The position numbers and the translations under genes are program-made. The notes below the pieces were generated by a model, which was not told the origin of the DNA, did not search any database, and saw only the letters and a program-made list of their open reading frames with translations. DNA of 64,000 bases from an uncultured Alphaproteobacteria bacterium (GTDB taxonomy: Bacteria > Pseudomonadota > Alphaproteobacteria > Acetobacterales > Acetobacteraceae), in contig CAVVPW010000001.1 of NCBI GenBank assembly GCA_963750235.1, positions 105,405-169,404 on the forward strand, in the 5' to 3' direction. Below, one piece after another: positions 10,962-21,072 of this stretch. Positions within the stretch are counted from its first letter, which is position 1, and each line of letters opens with the position of its first letter.

Positions 10962-12824
10962 ATGCCCGCATACCGCTCCCGCACCTCCACCTCCGGCCGC
11001 AACATGGCCGGCGCCCGCGCCTTGTGGCGCGCCACGGGCATGCAGGACGGCGACTTCGACAAGCCGATCATCGCGGTGGTGAACTCCTTCACCCAGTTCG
11101 TGCCCGGCCATGTGCACCTGAAGGACCTGGGCCAGCTGGTCGCGCGCGAGATCGAGGCCGCGGGCGGCGTAGCCAAGGAATTCAACACCATCGCGGTAGA
11201 TGACGGCATCGCCATGGGCCATTCCGGCATGCTGTACTCCCTGCCCTCGCGCGAGTTGATCGCGGATTCCGTGGAGTACATGGTCAACGCCCATTGCGCG
11301 GACGCCATGGTCTGCATCTCCAACTGCGACAAGATCACCCCCGGCATGCTGATGGCGGCGATGCGGCTGAACATCCCCGCCATCTTCATCTCCGGCGGGC
11401 CGATGGAGGCCGGCAAGTACATCCATGGCGGCAAGACCGAGGCGCTGGACCTGATCGACGCCATGGTCGCCGCCGCCGACCCGAACGTGACCGATGAGGA
11501 AGCGGCAGGCATGGAGCGTTCCGCCTGCCCCACCTGCGGCTCCTGCTCCGGAATGTTCACCGCCAACTCCATGAACTGCCTGACCGAGGCGCTAGGGCTG
11601 GCCCTCCCCGGCAATGGCAGCCTGCTCGCCACCCACGCCGATCGCAAGGAGCTGTTCCTTGAGGCCGGGCGCAATATCGTGGACCTCGCCCGCCGCTGGT
11701 ACGAGCGGGACGACGCCACCGCCCTGCCCCGCGGCATCGCCACCTTCCAGGCGTTCGAGAACGCGATGTCGCTGGACATCGCTATGGGCGGCTCCACCAA
11801 CACGGTGCTGCATCTGCTGGCCGCCGCGGAGGAAGGCGGCGTGAACTTCACCATGGCGGATATCGACCGCCTCTCGCGCCGCGTGCCGAACCTTTGCAAG
11901 GTCGCGCCCTCCAAGGCGGACGTGCACATGGAGGACGTGCACCGCGCCGGCGGCATCATGGCCATTCTCGGCGAAATGGCCCGTGGCGGGCTGCTGCACA
12001 CCGATGTACCGACCGTGCACGCCCCCACGCTGGCCGATGCCATCGCCGCGTGGGACATCCGCGCCCCCGGCCGCAAAGCCGCTGACGCCGCCTCCACGCT
12101 GTTCCTCGCCGGCCCTGGCGGGGTGCGCACCACCCAGGCCTTCAGCCAGAACCGCCGCTATGAGTCGCTGGACGCCGACCGCGAGAAGGGCGTGATCCGT
12201 GACATCGCCCACGCCTTCAGCCCGGATGGCGGCCTCGCCGTGCTCACCGGCAATATCGCGCTGGATGGCGCCATCGTGAAAACCGCTGGCGTCGATCCCT
12301 CCATCCTGGTGTTCTCCGGCCCGGCCCGCATTTTCGAGAGCCAGGACGACGCTGTCTCCGCCATTCTTGGCAACCGCATCAAGGCGGGCGACGTTGTGGT
12401 GATCCGCTATGAAGGCCCGAAGGGCGGCCCCGGCATGCAGGAGATGCTGTACCCGACCAGCTATCTGAAATCGAAGGGCCTGGGCAAAGCCTGCGCGCTC
12501 ATCACCGACGGCCGCTTCTCCGGCGGCACGGCGGGGCTCTCCATCGGCCATGTGTCGCCGGAAGCCGCCGAGGGTGGCGCCATCGGGCTGGTCGAGGAAG
12601 GTGATACGATCGAGATCGACATCCCTAACCGCATCCTGCGCGTGGCGGTGAGCGACGAGGAACTGGCCGCCCGCCGCGCCCGCATGGAGGCCAAGGGCAA
12701 GGATGCCTGGACGCCCAAGCGCGAGCGCCATGTCTCCGCCGCCCTGCAGGCTTATGCGGCCATGACCACCAGCGCCGCCCGCGGTGCTGTACGGGACGTA
12801 AGCCAGCTCAGCCGCAAGGGCTGA
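10962..12824 (+). CDS. ilvD: Dihydroxy-acid dehydratase
   Basis: [46 protein letters not shown]. Confidence 0.98.
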   Translation: MPAYRSRTSTSGRNMAGARALWRATGMQDGDFDKPIIAVVNSFTQFVPGHVHLKDLGQLVAREIEAAGGVAKEFNTIAVDDGIAMGHSGMLYSLPSRELIADSVEYMVNAHCADAMVCISNCDKITPGMLMAAMRLNIPAIFISGGPMEAGKYIHGGKTEALDLIDAMVAAADPNVTDEEAAGMERSACPTCGSCSGMFTANSMNCLTEALGLALPGNGSLLATHADRKELFLEAGRNIVDLARRWYERDDATALPRGIATFQAFENAMSLDIAMGGSTNTVLHLLAAAEEGGVNFTMADIDRLSRRVPNLCKVAPSKADVHMEDVHRAGGIMAILGEMARGGLLHTDVPTVHAPTLADAIAAWDIRAPGRKAADAASTLFLAGPGGVRTTQAFSQNRRYESLDADREKGVIRDIAHAFSPDGGLAVLTGNIALDGAIVKTAGVDPSILVFSGPARIFESQDDAVSAILGNRIKAGDVVVIRYEGPKGGPGMQEMLYPTSYLKSKGLGKACALITDGRFSGGTAGLSIGHVSPEAAEGGAIGLVEEGDTIEIDIPNRILRVAVSDEELAARRARMEAKGKDAWTPKRERHVSAALQAYAAMTTSAARGAVRDVSQLSRKG

Positions 12825-12829
12825 CCACC

Positions 12830-12863
12830 AAAAAAAGGCCATGCCCCAGGGCATGGCCTTTTT
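12830..12863. terminator. Bidirectional intrinsic terminator
   Basis: AAAAAGGCCATGCC/GGCATGGCCTTTTT stem between convergent ilvD and cysQ. Confidence 0.88.
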
Positions 12864-12878
12864 CTTTGACTTGGCGGC

Positions 12879-13619
12879 TTACGCCACCGCCGCCGTATAT
12901 TCCGCCAGCGCTTCCAGCACCCGTGGCGCCAGATGCTTCTGGCAGATCAGCAGGTCGGGCAGATACGGGTTGGCGTTGTTGTAGACCAGCGTCGAACCAT
13001 CGGCGCGGGAGGCATGCAGACCGGCGGCCAGCGCCACTGCGGCGGGGGCGCAATTATCCCACTCATATTGCCCGCCCGTGTGCAGATAGATATCCGCCTC
13101 GCCGCGCAGCACCGCCATAGCTTTTGCCCCCGCCGAGCCCATGGGGACCAGCTCGGCCCCCAGCGCCTCCGCCACCGCCACCGCCTCTTTCGCCGGGCGG
13201 GTGCGGCTGACCAGCATACGCAGCTTCGGCGCCACTGGCGGCAATGTTTGCGGCTCAGAGCACAGCGTTAGCCCCAGCCCTGGCAGCGCCACCGCGCCCA
13301 CCTCCGGCTCGCCGTCGATGGACAGCGCTACATGCACCGCCCAATCCGTCCGCCGCTCGCCATATTCGCGCGTGCCGTCCAGCGGGTCGACAATCCACAC
13401 GCGGCTGGCGGAAAGCCGCGCCCCATTGTCCTTCTCCTCCTCGGAGAGCACGGCATCATCCGGGCGCTGCTGCTTCAACGCCTCCATGATGAAGGCATTG
13501 GCCACGCGGTCCCCCGCCTTGCCCAGCGCCTTCTCCGCGAATAGCCCGGAAGCCTGCAGCTCCAGCAGCAGCTTGCCCGCAACGGTGGCGATCTGCTTCG
13601 CCAGTTCCAGATCGGTCAC
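12879..13619 (-). CDS. cysQ: 3'(2'),5'-bisphosphate nucleotidase CysQ (inositol monophosphatase family)
   Basis: LSEE, WIVDPLDGTRE, YEWDNCAP; GTG start overlapping the cysNC stop. Confidence 0.9.
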   Translation of the reverse strand: MTDLELAKQIATVAGKLLLELQASGLFAEKALGKAGDRVANAFIMEALKQQRPDDAVLSEEEKDNGARLSASRVWIVDPLDGTREYGERRTDWAVHVALSIDGEPEVGAVALPGLGLTLCSEPQTLPPVAPKLRMLVSRTRPAKEAVAVAEALGAELVPMGSAGAKAMAVLRGEADIYLHTGGQYEWDNCAPAAVALAAGLHASRADGSTLVYNNANPYLPDLLICQKHLAPRVLEALAEYTAAVA

Positions 13620-15532
13620 GGGATCAGCCTTTCGATGATGAGATCCGCCGCCTGTTCCGGCGTGAGCTTCGTGGTGTCGATATGAATCTCCGCACCCTCC
13701 GGCGGCTCATACGGGCTATCGATGCCGGTGAAGTTCTTCAGCTCGCCGGACCGGGCCTTCTTGTAGAGCCCCTTCACGTCGCGCCGCTCGGCTTCTTCCA
13801 GCTTGGTGTCGATGAAGATCTCGATGAACTCGCCCGGCTGCATCATCTGGCGCACCATCTCGCGCTCAGAGCGGAACGGCGAGATGAAGGCCGTCAGCAC
13901 GATCAGCCCGGCATCGGTCATCAACTTCGCCACCTCGCCCACGCGGCGGATATTCTCGATCCGGTCCGCCTGGGTGAAGCCAAGATCCTTGTTCAGCCCA
14001 TGGCGCACATTGTCGCCATCGAGCAGGAAGGTATGGCGGTTCATCCGCACCAGTTTCTTCTCGACGAGGTTGGCGATGGTGCTCTTGCCAGCACCCGAGA
14101 GCCCGGTGAACCACAGGACCGCCGGCTTCTGGTTTTTGAGCTTCGCATGCACCTCTCGCGAGATATCCAGCGCCTGCCAATGCACGTTCTGCGAGCGGCG
14201 CAGCGCGAAGTGGATCGTGCCCGCGCCCACGGTCGCGTTCGTCATCTTGTCGATGATGATGAAGCCGCCCAGCGTGCGGTTGTCCGCATAGGCCTCGAAC
14301 GGAATCGGCCGGTCGGTGGCGACGTTGGCAACACCGATGCCGTTCAGCTCCAGCGTCTTCGCCGCCATGTGCTCCAGCGTGTTCACGTTCACCTGATATT
14401 TCGGTGCGTGAATGCTGGCGGAGACGGTCTGCGTGCCAAGCTTCAGCCAATAGGAGCGGCCCGCTGCCATCGCCTCATCGGCCATCCAAACGATCGTCGC
14501 CTCGAACTGGTCCGCCACCTGGACCGGCGCATCGGCCAGCGTGATGACATCGCCACGCGAGCAGTCAATCTCGTCGGCGAAGCACAGGGTCACCGACTGC
14601 CCCGCCACGGCCTGGTCCAGATCACCATCCAGCGTGACGATGCGCGTGACCGAAGAGGTCCTGCCGGAGGGCAGCACGCGGATAAGGTCACCCGGCTTGA
14701 CCACGCCGCTGGCGATCTGTCCGGAAAAACCACGGAAGTCGAGATTCGGGCGGTTTACCCACTGCACCGGCAGGCGGAAGGGCTTGGCCTGGTCCGCCGT
14801 CACGTCCAACTCCACGCTCTCCAGATGCGCCATCAGGGTTGGCCCCTGATACCATGGCGTGTTGGCCGATTTGGTGGTGATGTTATCGCCCATGAAGCCG
14901 GAGATCGGCATCGGGGAAAAGCTCTTGATGCCGATGCTGTCCGCGAATTTGCGGTAATCCGCGACAATCGCCTCGTATTTCGCCTGATCATAACCGATCA
15001 GGTCCATCTTGTTCACGGCGAGCACGATATTACGGATACCGATGAGATGGGCGAGGTAGGAATGCCGGCGCGTCTGCGTCAGCACGCCTTTGCGCGCGTC
15101 AATCAGGATGACGGCGAGGTCCGCGGTGGACGCGCCGGTGATCATGTTGCGCGTGTACTGCTCATGGCCTGGCGTGTCAGCCACGATGAACTTACGCTTC
15201 TCGGTGGCGAAGAAACGGTAGGCCACGTCGATGGTGATGCCCTGCTCACGCTCGGCGGCGAGGCCATCGACCAGCAACGCGAAATCGATATTCTGCCCCT
15301 GCGTGCCGACCTTCTTGGAATCGGCCTCCAGTGCTGCCAGCTGATCCTCGAAGATCATCTTCGAATCATACAGCAGCCGGCCGATCAGCGTTGACTTGCC
15401 GTCATCCACCGAGCCGCAGGTGATAAAGCGCAGCAGGCTCTTGTGCTGATGCTGCTCCAGATATGCATCAATATCCTGCGCGATCAGCTCATCGGTCTTG
15501 TAGGAGCTTTCCTGAGTTACGGACTCCAACAT
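13616..15532 (-). CDS. cysNC: Fused sulfate adenylyltransferase subunit 1 / APS kinase (CysNC, NodQ type)
   Basis: GSVDDGKST, ADTPGHEQY, NKMD GTPase motifs; C-terminal WFTGLSGAGKST, LLDGDNVR, FTGIDSPYE. Confidence 0.96.
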   Translation of the reverse strand: MLESVTQESSYKTDELIAQDIDAYLEQHQHKSLLRFITCGSVDDGKSTLIGRLLYDSKMIFEDQLAALEADSKKVGTQGQNIDFALLVDGLAAEREQGITIDVAYRFFATEKRKFIVADTPGHEQYTRNMITGASTADLAVILIDARKGVLTQTRRHSYLAHLIGIRNIVLAVNKMDLIGYDQAKYEAIVADYRKFADSIGIKSFSPMPISGFMGDNITTKSANTPWYQGPTLMAHLESVELDVTADQAKPFRLPVQWVNRPNLDFRGFSGQIASGVVKPGDLIRVLPSGRTSSVTRIVTLDGDLDQAVAGQSVTLCFADEIDCSRGDVITLADAPVQVADQFEATIVWMADEAMAAGRSYWLKLGTQTVSASIHAPKYQVNVNTLEHMAAKTLELNGIGVANVATDRPIPFEAYADNRTLGGFIIIDKMTNATVGAGTIHFALRRSQNVHWQALDISREVHAKLKNQKPAVLWFTGLSGAGKSTIANLVEKKLVRMNRHTFLLDGDNVRHGLNKDLGFTQADRIENIRRVGEVAKLMTDAGLIVLTAFISPFRSEREMVRQMMQPGEFIEIFIDTKLEEAERRDVKGLYKKARSGELKNFTGIDSPYEPPEGAEIHIDTTKLTPEQAADLIIERLIP

Positions 15533-16452
15533 CAGAAATACCCCTCCTGCTTTTTCTTCTCCATGCTGGCGCCGCCAGCGTCCTTGTCAATCACGCGGCC
15601 CTGACGCTCCGAGGTGGTGGTCAGCAGCATCTCCTGGATCACCTCCGGCAGCGTCGTCGCCGTGCTCTCCACCGCGCCCGTGAGGGGGTAGCAACCCAGC
15701 GTGCGGAAGCGGATGCTCCGCTCCTCGGCCACCTCGCCGGGCTTGAGCGGGAAGCGCTCGTCATCAACCATAATGAGCAGCCCATCGCGCTCCACCACCG
15801 GCCGCTTGGCCGCAAAGTACAGCGGCACGATGGGGATGTTCTCCAGATGGATGTATTGCCAGATGTCCAGCTCAGTCCAGTTGGAGATGGGGAATACGCG
15901 GATGCTCTCGCCCTTGGCCTTGCGGGCGTTATACAGGTTCCACAGCTCCGGGCGCTGGTTCTTCGGGTCCCAGCGATGGTTGGCCGAGCGGAAGGAGAAG
16001 ATGCGCTCCTTGGCGCGGGATTTCTCCTCATCGCGCCGCGCGCCACCGAACGCGGCGTCAAACCCGTATTTGTCCAGCGCCTGCTTCAGACCTTCGGTCT
16101 TCCACATGTCGGTGTGCAGCGAACCGTGGTCGAACGGGTTGATGCCTTTCTCCATCGCCTCCGGGTTATGGTAGACGATCAGTTCCATGCCGCTCTCACG
16201 CGCCATGCGGTCTCGCAGCTCGTACATGGCCTTGAACTTCCAGGTCGTGTCGACATGCAGCAGCGGAAACGGTGGCGGGCTGGGGTAGAACGCCTTGCGC
16301 GCCAGATGCAGCATCACCGCGCTGTCCTTGCCAACCGAGTACAGCATTACCGGGCGCTCGGTCTCGGCGACAACCTCGCGCATGATGTGAATGGATTCCG
16401 CCTCAAGACGCTGTAAATGCGTCAATCTCACCGTCGCGTCCGCGGCCGTCAT
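15532..16452 (-). CDS. cysD: Sulfate adenylyltransferase subunit 2
   Basis: [40 protein letters not shown]. Confidence 0.97.
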   Translation of the reverse strand: MTAADATVRLTHLQRLEAESIHIMREVVAETERPVMLYSVGKDSAVMLHLARKAFYPSPPPFPLLHVDTTWKFKAMYELRDRMARESGMELIVYHNPEAMEKGINPFDHGSLHTDMWKTEGLKQALDKYGFDAAFGGARRDEEKSRAKERIFSFRSANHRWDPKNQRPELWNLYNARKAKGESIRVFPISNWTELDIWQYIHLENIPIVPLYFAAKRPVVERDGLLIMVDDERFPLKPGEVAEERSIRFRTLGCYPLTGAVESTATTLPEVIQEMLLTTTSERQGRVIDKDAGGASMEKKKQEGYF

Positions 16453-16591
16453 GCATGTCTCCGTCTAGCCAACCCCGCCACATCCACGGCGGGGCATTAT
16501 CACGCCCTCTTGGCACGCGCCGCGCGCCCCGGCAAATTGGAAAATGTTTTTACAATCCGGCCTTAACCCCGGCAAAATCCTGCCAAACGCA

Positions 16592-16619
16592 AAAAAGGTG
16601 AGAGGATTACCCTCTCACC
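16592..16619 (-). terminator. Intrinsic terminator (minus strand)
   Basis: GGTGAGAGG/CCTCTCACC stem followed by a U-tract on the minus strand. Confidence 0.8.
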
Positions 16620-16732
16620 CTAGCGCTTCTGTAGATTATTCTAGAGTGCGATCGCACTCCAACTTATCTATGAGAGGCTGATTCACGTTTGAGATCCAAT
16701 CGCAAAGCAATTCAACCTCAAACGATCAGGCT
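16592..16732 (-). ncRNA. Candidate structured sRNA or cis-regulatory leader (unassigned)
   Basis: Two stem-loops plus terminator in an AT-richer intergenic segment; no plausible ORF. Confidence 0.4.
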
Positions 16733-17674
16733 CTAGGCAGCGGTGAGTTGCAGCGGCTTGGCCACGGTTCCGTTGGTCAGGCGGTAATTCGCCTGGTCGG
16801 CAAACAGGGCGCGCAGAAGCTGGTTGTTCAGCGCATGTCCGGTGCGGCTACCAATAAACCGGCCCGAAATCGGGGCGCCGGCAAGCGCGAGGTCCCCAAT
16901 CACGTCCAGCAGCTTGTGGCGCACGAATTCGTCGGCGTAGCGCAGACCTTCCGGGTTCAGCACCTTGGCGTCATCCACGACCACGGCATTGGCAAGCGAG
17001 CCGCCACGGGCCAGCCCAGCCTTGCGCAGCGCCTCGATCTCACCCAGCAGGGTGAAGGTGCGCGCCTGGGCGATCTCCTGCGCGAACCCTGCCTCGGAGA
17101 GGTGGAAATGATACGCCTGCGCGCCGATAGCAGAGGCGGCGAATTCGATGGAGAGCGAGATGTCGAACCCGGAACCGCCCGGATTATGCGGACGCAGCTC
17201 GGCGAAGGCGCCGTTATGCTCGATCCGCACCGGCCGCAGGATCTCGAGGCACTCGCGCAGTCCACCATGTTCGGTAATCCCGGCGCTCTCGATCAGGAAC
17301 AGGAAGGGCGCGGCGGAGCCATCAAACACCGGCAATTCTGGGCCATCCACCTCGATGAGCATGTCATCCACGCCACAAGCCGCGACCGCCGCCATCAGAT
17401 GCTCGATAGTGCCGATCTTCGCCTCGCCCGCGGAAATGAGCGTGCACAGCCGCGTATCGGTCACGCATTCGAACCGGGCGGGGATGCTGGCGGCCAGATC
17501 GGCGCGGTGGAACACGATGCCGCTATTCACCGCAGCGGGCTTCAGGCAGAGCGTCACCTCCGCGCCGCTATGCAGCCCGCGGCCAACGGCCGAAATCGCC
17601 GCCTTCAGCGTGCGCCTCGGGGCCGGTGCGGCCTCGGACGGGGTAAAGCTGTATCTCTCGCGCAGGGACGACAT
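16733..17674 (-). CDS. lpxC: UDP-3-O-acyl-N-acetylglucosamine deacetylase
   Basis: GLHSG, TIEHLMAA, ARTF, HKLLDVIGDL zinc motifs; start refined to ATG 17674. Confidence 0.96.
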   Translation of the reverse strand: MSSLRERYSFTPSEAAPAPRRTLKAAISAVGRGLHSGAEVTLCLKPAAVNSGIVFHRADLAASIPARFECVTDTRLCTLISAGEAKIGTIEHLMAAVAACGVDDMLIEVDGPELPVFDGSAAPFLFLIESAGITEHGGLRECLEILRPVRIEHNGAFAELRPHNPGGSGFDISLSIEFAASAIGAQAYHFHLSEAGFAQEIAQARTFTLLGEIEALRKAGLARGGSLANAVVVDDAKVLNPEGLRYADEFVRHKLLDVIGDLALAGAPISGRFIGSRTGHALNNQLLRALFADQANYRLTNGTVAKPLQLTAA

Positions 17675-17790
17675 GGTAAATCCGTCAGTTACTATCCAGA
17701 CTAATCTACCCCCGGCGCCGCCCTTGCCTCCAGTCAATCATTATTTCCGAATATTTCGCCACAACCGTTTGATATTAAATTGTTTTATGA

Positions 17791-18720
17791 TTACCAAATA
17801 TCCGACGAATGAGCCAGCGGGTGGAGCGACGGCTCGGTGTCATGGAACCGATCGTAATCGATCGACACATCCCCTTGCGGTGAGTGGATGACAACATCGA
17901 CGAAGCGGCGATTAAACAGCACGTCCTCGGCCCTGTAGACGCAGCGCTCCGAAGCCGTGGCGTTCAGCGCCTCGTCGGTGCCCGTTAGCAGACAGATAAA
18001 AACATCGCCCGCGGCCCGCAGGCTCTCACTGTCCTTGCCCCAAAGCGGGCTGTCCGGCGTGATCTTGTGCGAGACCATCCAGCTGAGCGCAAAGATCGGC
18101 GTGGCGTCCTGCTCCAAGTTCAGCGGCAGCATTCGGCGTATCGCGCCGACTTCCGGATCCTCGTCAAGCGTCAGCATCACCACGCTCATACGGGCTTCGG
18201 AGACATCGCCGCGCCGCCGGTTGGCAACGCGGAAGCTTAGCGTCTGCACCCCGTTGACATCACGCACCACCGCAACCTTGCAAAACAGCGCCCGCAGGCG
18301 CGGGCGCGAGAGCCTGGCGAACAGCACACCGGTGGAGACTGCAACGTTAAGCTGACCAAGCAAAATCTCTATACTCGCGAGAATATTAGTGGTCAGCGAA
18401 GCCGGGTAGATGTTGCCATACCCCGTGGTGGAGAAAGTCTGGGTTGAGAAGAAAAATGCGTTGGCGAAACGTCCGAAATTATGCCCCGGCAACCCCGCAA
18501 GCCCGCCCATGACAGTATAGATGCTGGCAAATATGAGATTGACGACAGCGAGATTCCCCACCAGCAGAACGAGCAGCTGCCATACCGGCATGTTCATCAG
18601 GTCGTAATAAATATCTTTCGGCCCTTGCCAAACCGTGCCGCGCCGCTCGATGGCTCGGATCGCTTCCGCTGAGAGCGGCTTTTTACCGCTATCCTGTGGC
18701 CCGTTTTGTTCCTGCTTCAT
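17791..18720 (-). CDS. Inward-rectifier potassium channel (KirBac-like)
   Basis: Two TM helices; FFFSTQTFSTTGYG selectivity filter; FARLSRP, FRVANRR, HKITPDSPLWG cytoplasmic Kir domain. Confidence 0.9.
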   Translation of the reverse strand: MKQEQNGPQDSGKKPLSAEAIRAIERRGTVWQGPKDIYYDLMNMPVWQLLVLLVGNLAVVNLIFASIYTVMGGLAGLPGHNFGRFANAFFFSTQTFSTTGYGNIYPASLTTNILASIEILLGQLNVAVSTGVLFARLSRPRLRALFCKVAVVRDVNGVQTLSFRVANRRRGDVSEARMSVVMLTLDEDPEVGAIRRMLPLNLEQDATPIFALSWMVSHKITPDSPLWGKDSESLRAAGDVFICLLTGTDEALNATASERCVYRAEDVLFNRRFVDVVIHSPQGDVSIDYDRFHDTEPSLHPLAHSSDIW

Positions 18721-18826
18721 GCTTCGCAGCTATGGCCGGAGCGCCTTATCGTCAAGCCGCCAGTAAATCGTTGCCGCGACCCGGAATAAATGCTCTCGTT
18801 GGCGCCGCAGGCAAGGAGGCTTCACG

Positions 18827-19147
18827 ATGATCGTCGTCACCACCGAAAACATCGCGAACCACCGGGTGCGGGAGACGCTGGGCCAGTGCTTCGGCGTGGT
18901 CGTGCGCAGCCGGGGCCTCGGGGGCAACATCATGGCTGGGCTGCGCTCACTCGTTGGCGGGGAGATCGTGGAATATACCCACATGCTGGAGGAAGCCCGG
19001 CGCCATGCCGTGGACCGACTCGTGGCCAATGCCACGATGATGGGTGCCAACGCCGTCACCATGATGCGCTTCGACTCCTCGGAGATGGGCGAAACTATGA
19101 GCGAGGTTGTCGCCTACGGCACCGCCGTCATCATCGAGCCGGTGTGA
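18827..19147 (+). CDS. YbjQ / UPF0145 family protein
   Basis: VVTTENI, GLRSLVGGEI, GANAV, EVVAYGTAV. Confidence 0.9.
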   Translation: MIVVTTENIANHRVRETLGQCFGVVVRSRGLGGNIMAGLRSLVGGEIVEYTHMLEEARRHAVDRLVANATMMGANAVTMMRFDSSEMGETMSEVVAYGTAVIIEPV

Positions 19148-19148
19148 C

Positions 19149-19436
19149 ATGCTGCGCGGCTTTGTCATTGGCCTGGGCTTGCTGGCTTTGTCCGGAGGGC
19201 TGCTCGGGATGCTTGCGGGCGCCGGACCGGGCATGGTGGGGCCGACGCTCTTCGGCCTGCTGCTGCTCGTAGGCACCGTCTTCGAGCAGCACTACCACCG
19301 CAACGAAGCCCAAACCCCAGGACCTGGCTGGGAGCGCACCAGGGAAACCTTCAAGGACCCGGCCAAGGGCGCGACCATCGAGGTCTGGTACAACGAGACC
19401 AGCGGCGAACGGCGCTACGTGGCGCGCGGGCAATAA
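19149..19436 (+). CDS. Small hypothetical membrane protein (95 aa)
   Basis: ATG 1 nt after the ybjQ stop; two hydrophobic segments; soluble tail GWERTRETFKDP...VWYNETSGERRY. Confidence 0.7.
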   Translation: MLRGFVIGLGLLALSGGLLGMLAGAGPGMVGPTLFGLLLLVGTVFEQHYHRNEAQTPGPGWERTRETFKDPAKGATIEVWYNETSGERRYVARGQ

Positions 19437-19464
19437 AAAAACGGCCCCTTGCGGGGCCGTTTTT
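19436..19464. terminator. Bidirectional intrinsic terminator
   Basis: AAAAACGGCCCC/GGGGCCGTTTTT stem between convergent genes. Confidence 0.88.
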
Positions 19465-19482
19465 CGTAAAGTCTGATACCGT

Positions 19483-21024
19483 TTACGGATTGTTGCGGCG
19501 CAGGAAGGCGGGAATTTCCAGCCCCACCTCGTCGATCTGCGCTGGACGCACAGCGGCGCGGGCCGGCTCGCGGAGTTCCTCATGTGCATGCGGTTCGGTG
19601 CGCATGGCTGGCTCCTGCCGGTGAGCGGGCTGCGGCGCCGGGGCCTGCTTGGAGCCGCCGAAACCGAACACGGACTTGAAGATGCTGGTGCTCTTGGGCG
19701 GCTCGGGCGCGCGCACCGGGTCCGGCGCCACGTTACGCACCGGAACGGCCGGGCGCGGCGGCTGCGGCATGCGCGACGCGGCTTCCGCCGCCGGGGCGGC
19801 ATGGTGGGGGTGAGATGCCGGCTGCGCCGGCGCGGCGGCCGGCTCGGCGCCGAGCGCAATTTCGTAGCCGCGGTCCACAAAAGCCTTGGAAACCAGGGGC
19901 GCGGCGGGGGGCTCCGGCACATAGCCCGCCGGGCGGGACACACCCGGCACGCCACCCTGGGCGTTTACCGTCTGGCCAGAAACGGCATTTGGGAACTGCG
20001 CGGGCTCGGCATTGCCGCCATTCACCACTTTCAGGTTCGGCATCGCCTGCGGCATGGAGTCGATGCCGGTAGCCACCACGGAAACGCGGAGGCGGCCCTG
20101 CATGCTCTCGTCCAGCGACATGCCGAACATGATGTTCGCGTCCTTGTCGACTTCCTCGCCGATGCGGTTGGCGGCCTGATCCACCTCGAACAGCGTCACA
20201 TCCGAGCCGCCGGTGATGTTGATCAGCAGGCCGCGCGCGCCCTTCATGTTGGTGTCTTCCAGCAGCGGGTTGCTGATGGCGGCTTCCGCGGCGCGGATCG
20301 CACGGTCTTCGCCCTCGGCCTCGCCGGTGCCCATCATCGCCTTGCCCATCTCGCGCATCACCGAGCGCACATCGGCGAAGTCCAGATTCACGAGGCCAGG
20401 CATCACCATCAGGTCGGTCACGCCGCGCACGCCCATGTAGAGCACGTTGTCGGCCATTTCAAACGCCTCTTTCCAGCTGGTGCGTTCGTTGGCGACCTTG
20501 AAGAGATTCTGGTTGGGGATGACGATGAGCGTGTCAACGTAGGCCTGCATCTCCAAGATGCCATCCTCCGCGGCGCGCAGGCGGCGCTTGCCCTCGAAGG
20601 AGAACGGCTTGGTGACAACACCAACAGTGAGGATATCGCGTTCGCGCGCCATGCGGGCGATGACCGGGGCCGCACCCGTGCCCGTGCCGCCGCCCATGCC
20701 GGCGGTGATGAACACCATGTGCGTATTCTCGAGGTGGCGAGCAAGTTCCTCGGCGGCTTCATCGGCGGAGAGCTTGCCGATCTCCGGACGTCCGCCCGCG
20801 CCATTGCCCTGGGTAAGATGCGGCCCGAGCTGGATCCGCTTCTCCGCCAGCGAACGCTGCAGCTGCTGCGCGTCCGTATTGGCAACAACGAAATCAACAC
20901 CCGGCAGATTGAGGGTGATCATGTTGTTGACGGCATTGCACCCGCCACCGCCGACACCGAAGACCGTAATTCGCGGCGTGAAATCCGTGTGCAACGGCTT
21001 CTCGATTGTCAAGTTCAATGTCAT
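19483..21024 (-). CDS. ftsZ: Cell division protein FtsZ
   Basis: [22 protein letters not shown]; C-terminal LEIPAFLR. Confidence 0.98.
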   Translation of the reverse strand: MTLNLTIEKPLHTDFTPRITVFGVGGGGCNAVNNMITLNLPGVDFVVANTDAQQLQRSLAEKRIQLGPHLTQGNGAGGRPEIGKLSADEAAEELARHLENTHMVFITAGMGGGTGTGAAPVIARMARERDILTVGVVTKPFSFEGKRRLRAAEDGILEMQAYVDTLIVIPNQNLFKVANERTSWKEAFEMADNVLYMGVRGVTDLMVMPGLVNLDFADVRSVMREMGKAMMGTGEAEGEDRAIRAAEAAISNPLLEDTNMKGARGLLINITGGSDVTLFEVDQAANRIGEEVDKDANIMFGMSLDESMQGRLRVSVVATGIDSMPQAMPNLKVVNGGNAEPAQFPNAVSGQTVNAQGGVPGVSRPAGYVPEPPAAPLVSKAFVDRGYEIALGAEPAAAPAQPASHPHHAAPAAEAASRMPQPPRPAVPVRNVAPDPVRAPEPPKSTSIFKSVFGFGGSKQAPAPQPAHRQEPAMRTEPHAHEELREPARAAVRPAQIDEVGLEIPAFLRRNNP

Positions 21025-21072
21025 CTGCTCATCTCCTCAGGAACAATCGGTAACGAACGCGCCGATTTCATG

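Noticed and set aside
16509-16524. Sigma-54-like TGGCAC box upstream of cysD
   Set aside because: Wrong strand for cysD and lacks the -12 TTGC element.
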